From an uncultured Actinomycetes bacterium (lineage in GTDB: Bacteria > Actinomycetota > Thermoleophilia > UBA2241), in assembly GCA_963767005.1 (NCBI GenBank), contig CAVYCN010000003.1:1-64000 (forward strand): 64,000 nt of DNA. The letters are read 5' to 3'. The position numbers and the translations under genes are program-made. Numbering within the stretch: position 1 is the stretch's first letter; each line of letters begins with the position of its first letter. Below the pieces are notes generated by a model. It saw only the letters and a list, made by a program, of their open reading frames with translations, had not been told where the DNA came from and did not search any database. Below, piece after piece: positions 60,441-64,000 of this stretch.

Positions 60441-60833
60441 ATGGAAATGGAGGTCTACTTTCCTGGAGGATGGCGAGTGAACGCGGACTGCGACGGCCAC
60501 ACGATCCATACCGACCATCCCATCGGCGAGGGAGGCGACGATTCGGCGCCTTCGCCGGTCGGTCTGTTCGTGGGCGCCATCGCCACGTGCGCCGGCATGT
60601 GCGCCCTGGGGTTCATGCGCCAACGCGGCATCGACGCCGGGGCCGCTAGGTTGATGGTGCATACGGATCTCAACCCGGACACCGAGTTGATCAGCACCAT
60701 CGACCTCGAGCTGGCACTCCCCCCCGACTTTCCCGAGAAGTACCGAGGTGCGGTCGTAAACGCAATGAGGCTCTGTGCCGTCAAGCAGCACCTGAGCGAT
60801 CCGCCGTCCGTTCAAATCAGCGTGACGCCTTGA
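60441..60833 (+). CDS. OsmC/YhfA family protein
   Basis: IHTDHP..GGDDSAPSP..F..AIATCAG...PPDFPEKY...LCAVK; AAAGGA RBS. Confidence 0.9.
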   Translation: MEMEVYFPGGWRVNADCDGHTIHTDHPIGEGGDDSAPSPVGLFVGAIATCAGMCALGFMRQRGIDAGAARLMVHTDLNPDTELISTIDLELALPPDFPEKYRGAVVNAMRLCAVKQHLSDPPSVQISVTP

Positions 60834-60899
60834 CGGCCGGCGCCCCGGTCGGAAGGTTCTGCGGTTGCAAGATGCGATGAGCGAGATGGCGTCGGACCA

Positions 60900-62381
60900 A
60901 TGAGCGGATTGCCTTTGGAACGATCCATCGCGTCCGTTGACAACGACGACCTGAAGGCCGCCGAGCAGGACTTCTTGCGCCGCTACCCCGACTACGAGAA
61001 GACGGCGCGGCTCGACGATCTGCGCCGGACCGAGTACGCGCGACTCGATCGCCTCGGGCAAGTGTACCTCGATTACACGGGGGCCGGACTCTACGCCGAA
61101 TCACAGCTGCGTGCTCACTTCGACCTGCTCAACGAGTCCGTCCTCGGCAATCCGCATTCAGACAACCCCACATCCGCCGCATCCTCCGCGCAGGTCACTG
61201 CGGCGCGCGAAGCGGTACGTGACTACTTCAACGCCTCAGACAGCGAGTACGAGGTGATCTTCTCGGCGAACGCGACCGGAGCGCTCAAGCTGCTCGGCGA
61301 GGCATATCCGTTCGGGACGGGCGGCGCCTACCTGCTCGCCTACGACAACCACAACTCGGTAAACGGCATCAGGGAGTTCGCCCGCCGCAAGGGCGCGGCT
61401 GTCCACTACGTGCCGGTACGTGCGCCCGACTTGCGCCTCGATGAGGAGCTGCTGGCGCGCGCCCTGGTCGAGGTCGGCGCAGGGGGGGACCGCCTCTTTG
61501 CCTATCCTGCACAGTCGAACTTCAGCGGCGTCCAACACTCGATGCGGCTCATCAGCGACGCACAGGCCCTGGGTTGGGACGTTCTTTTGGATTGCGCCGC
61601 CTACGTGCCGACCAACCGGCTCGATCTCGGCGTTGTGAAGCCCGACTTCGTCGCGCTCTCGTTCTACAAGATGTTCGGCTATCCGACCGGCGTGGGGGCC
61701 CTGATCGCCCGCCGCGAGAAGCTGCGGAAGCTGCGGCGCCCATGGTTTGCCGGTGGGACGATTACGGTGGTGTCCGTCCAGGACGCGAGCTGGCACCGCC
61801 TCGCGCCGGGCACTGCCGCTTTCGAAGACGGCACCGTCGATTTCCTTGCGGCGCCCGCCGTCACCATCGGTCTGCGCCACCTGCAGAGCGTCGGGATAGA
61901 AGACATTCATCGGCGCACGCAGTTGCTGACCGCGTGGCTTCTCGAGGAGCTCGGGCGCCTGCGGCATACCAATGGAGCGCACGTCGTGCGCATTCTGGGA
62001 CCACAGACCATGGACCGCCGTGGCGCTACCTTCGCCCTCCATCTGCTTGACGATGACGGGCGCCCATTCGACCTCTACGATGCAGAAGTGGCCGCAGGGC
62101 GTCAGGGCATCTCGGTCCGCACCGGGTGCTTCTGCAACCCCGGCGCCGGTGAAGTGGCGAACGACATAGCCAAGGAAGAAATGGGGCTCTGCTTCAGCGA
62201 CCTGCACCGGGAGATGAGCTTGAGGGAATGCCAGAAGGCAATCGGCGCCGCGACGGGCAAGACGCCGAACGCGATCCGCGTCTCGCTCGGGCTTGCGTCG
62301 ACCTTCTCAGACGCCTGGCGCTTCGTGCAGTTCGCGGCTTCGTACCGAGGCCGATCCGGGCCCTTACAGTGCCTCGAGTAA
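60900..62381 (+). CDS. PLP-dependent class V aminotransferase, molybdenum cofactor sulfurase-like
   Basis: YLDYTGAGLY, GNPHS, DNHNSVNGIRE, SFYKMFGYPTG, RTGCFCNPG. Confidence 0.88.
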   Translation: MSGLPLERSIASVDNDDLKAAEQDFLRRYPDYEKTARLDDLRRTEYARLDRLGQVYLDYTGAGLYAESQLRAHFDLLNESVLGNPHSDNPTSAASSAQVTAAREAVRDYFNASDSEYEVIFSANATGALKLLGEAYPFGTGGAYLLAYDNHNSVNGIREFARRKGAAVHYVPVRAPDLRLDEELLARALVEVGAGGDRLFAYPAQSNFSGVQHSMRLISDAQALGWDVLLDCAAYVPTNRLDLGVVKPDFVALSFYKMFGYPTGVGALIARREKLRKLRRPWFAGGTITVVSVQDASWHRLAPGTAAFEDGTVDFLAAPAVTIGLRHLQSVGIEDIHRRTQLLTAWLLEELGRLRHTNGAHVVRILGPQTMDRRGATFALHLLDDDGRPFDLYDAEVAAGRQGISVRTGCFCNPGAGEVANDIAKEEMGLCFSDLHREMSLRECQKAIGAATGKTPNAIRVSLGLASTFSDAWRFVQFAASYRGRSGPLQCLE

Positions 62382-62826
62382 CGGCGCCGCAGGTCCAGGA
62401 AGGCGCCCCAAGCCCGCACAAGGCGTGCTAGAAGATCGTCTGCCACCTCATGACCTCCGCCCTCAGGGCGCGCAAGTCTCGGAGCTCCAGTTACCCGCCA
62501 ACTCCAAACCCCTCGCAGGCACCAACCACCGTGAACGACTGATTCCTGTGGAGGCGCATGATCACGCCGCTCTGACCCGGCTGGGGCAGCCACCTTGCCG
62601 GCTGCCACGGCCCAATCCCGACGAAGTCCGGGGGCCGAGCAGGCTGCCCTGAAGCCGCGGCTGGTGATCGGTGCTCGGCCCTCGGGAGCACAACATCGGG
62701 GAGGTGCACGATGCCGCCGCTCTCCGATTCTGCCGAACTGCGTAGCGAGGTCGAGCTGCACCGCCGCCTTGCCGGGCTCTATCGTGCCCTCGCCTCCGGA
62801 CTCATGAACGGCTCGCCTGACCGGTA

Positions 62827-62875
62827 TTGACAGCCACAGTATTCTGTTAGAGACTACCAGTAGTTAGTCTCTAAC
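62827..62875 (+). promoter_or_regulatory. Promoter with TetR-type palindromic operator
   Basis: TTGACA at 62827; GTTAGAGACTA-N8-TAGTCTCTAAC (62846-62875) overlapping the -10 position. Confidence 0.7.
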
Positions 62876-62892
62876 GAAGGGATGTGGCTGCT

Positions 62893-64000
62893 ATGACGAT
62901 CATCGGTGCGCGCCGCTGGTGGGCCCTGGGCGCGATCACCCTGGCGGTGCTGGCCGTCGGTATGGATGTCACGGTGCTGAGCATCGCCCTGCCCACGCTG
63001 GCCGGGGCGCTGAAGGCCAGCGAGTCTGATCTGCAGTGGTTCTCCTCGGGCTACGCCCTCGTTTTGGCCGCCGCCATGCTGCCGGCCGGGCTGCTCGGCG
63101 ACCGCTACGGACGCAAGAAGGTCCTGCTCGGTTCGCTTGGTCTCTTTGCCGTGGGTTCGCTTGCCTGTGCCCTGTCGCGCTCACCCGATCAGTTCCTCGT
63201 CAGCCGCGTGGTCTTGGGCCTGGCCGGCGCCGGGGTCATCGTCATGGCGATCTCCGCACTGACCGTGATGTTCTTAGAGGCGGAGCGCCCCCGCGCCGTG
63301 GGCATCTGGGCGGCGGCCAACTTCCTCGCCTTTCCCATCGGCCCGATCCTCGGCGGCTGGCTGCTCACCCACTTCTGGTGGGGCTGGGTGTTTCTGCTCA
63401 ACGTGCCGGTAGCGGCCATCGGCCTTGCCGCAGTCGTGGCGCTAGTACCCGAGTCGCGCGCCCCGATCCGCCCGGGTCTCGACTGGCTCGGCGTGTGTGC
63501 CTCAAGCGCCGGACTTGCCGTCATGACGTACGGCCTGATCGAGGCCGGCCAGCACGGCTGGAGCAGCGCCGGCGCCCTGCTTGCCATCGTCTGCGGGGTC
63601 GCGTTGCTGGGGGCCTTCTTTGCCTGGGAGCGACGGCTCACACGCCAGCCGGCGGGCCAGCCGCTCGTCGACCTCGGCCTCTTTGGGTCGGCCTCCTTTA
63701 CCTGGGGCGTGCTGCTCATGACGATCATGACGCTCGCCATGATCGGCATCATGTTCACCATGCCGCAGTACTTCCAGGCCGTGCTCGGGACAAGTGCTCA
63801 GGGCTCCGGCTTGCGCCTGCTGACGCTGGTCGGAGGCCTCCTGATCGGCGCCCTGCCGGCCGATCGCCTGGCGCGCCGCTTGGGCGCCAAGATCACGGTT
63901 GTGATCGGCTTTCTCGTGCTGGCCGCCGGTCTGGGTCTGGGCGCCCAGACCAGCCTCTCGTCAGGCGGCACCTTCGTCGCTGCCTGGATGGCCCTGGCCG
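62893..64000 (+). CDS. DHA2 (EmrB/QacA) MFS efflux transporter, runs off the window
   Basis: RRWWAL, MDVTVLSIALP, GLLGDRYGRK, GPILGG, WGWVFLLNVP. Confidence 0.92.
   Translation, partial: MTIIGARRWWALGAITLAVLAVGMDVTVLSIALPTLAGALKASESDLQWFSSGYALVLAAAMLPAGLLGDRYGRKKVLLGSLGLFAVGSLACALSRSPDQFLVSRVVLGLAGAGVIVMAISALTVMFLEAERPRAVGIWAAANFLAFPIGPILGGWLLTHFWWGWVFLLNVPVAAIGLAAVVALVPESRAPIRPGLDWLGVCASSAGLAVMTYGLIEAGQHGWSSAGALLAIVCGVALLGAFFAWERRLTRQPAGQPLVDLGLFGSASFTWGVLLMTIMTLAMIGIMFTMPQYFQAVLGTSAQGSGLRLLTLVGGLLIGALPADRLARRLGAKITVVIGFLVLAAGLGLGAQTSLSSGGTFVAAWMALA

Overview
High-GC actinobacterial DNA; the SigA-like segment resembles Thermoleophilia from memory, which is inference. The window is mostly accessory sequence. 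Three direct-repeat fragments of the 3' half of tRNA-Cys (9190, 10861, 47963; minus strand) divide it into what look like tandem tRNA-Cys-integrated islands. A ~37-kb island (10856-48015) carries a tyrosine integrase and 12-bp-period arm-like repeats inside both ends. This island and the next one each start with a terminase small+large subunit module that has no portal, capsid or tail genes. Cargo includes a MalT-like LuxR regulon with four copies of a 32-bp operator, a sigma-70 paralog whose region 3.2 is inverted between short inverted repeats, decayed agmatine-deiminase genes, a PAS/HD-GYP protein, an FG-GAP/IPT surface protein, an [FeFe]-hydrogenase-like protein and several IS remnants. 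The flanks hold an amidinotransferase/APC permease/phosphoesterase/carbamoyltransferase/cyclase operon (left) and a peptide ABC/S9 peptidase/GntR operon plus OsmC, Moco-sulfurase-like and MFS genes (right). Several conserved genes have small indel frameshifts, so some 'pseudogene' calls may be sequencing errors. All calls come from reading motifs by eye; no database searches were run.
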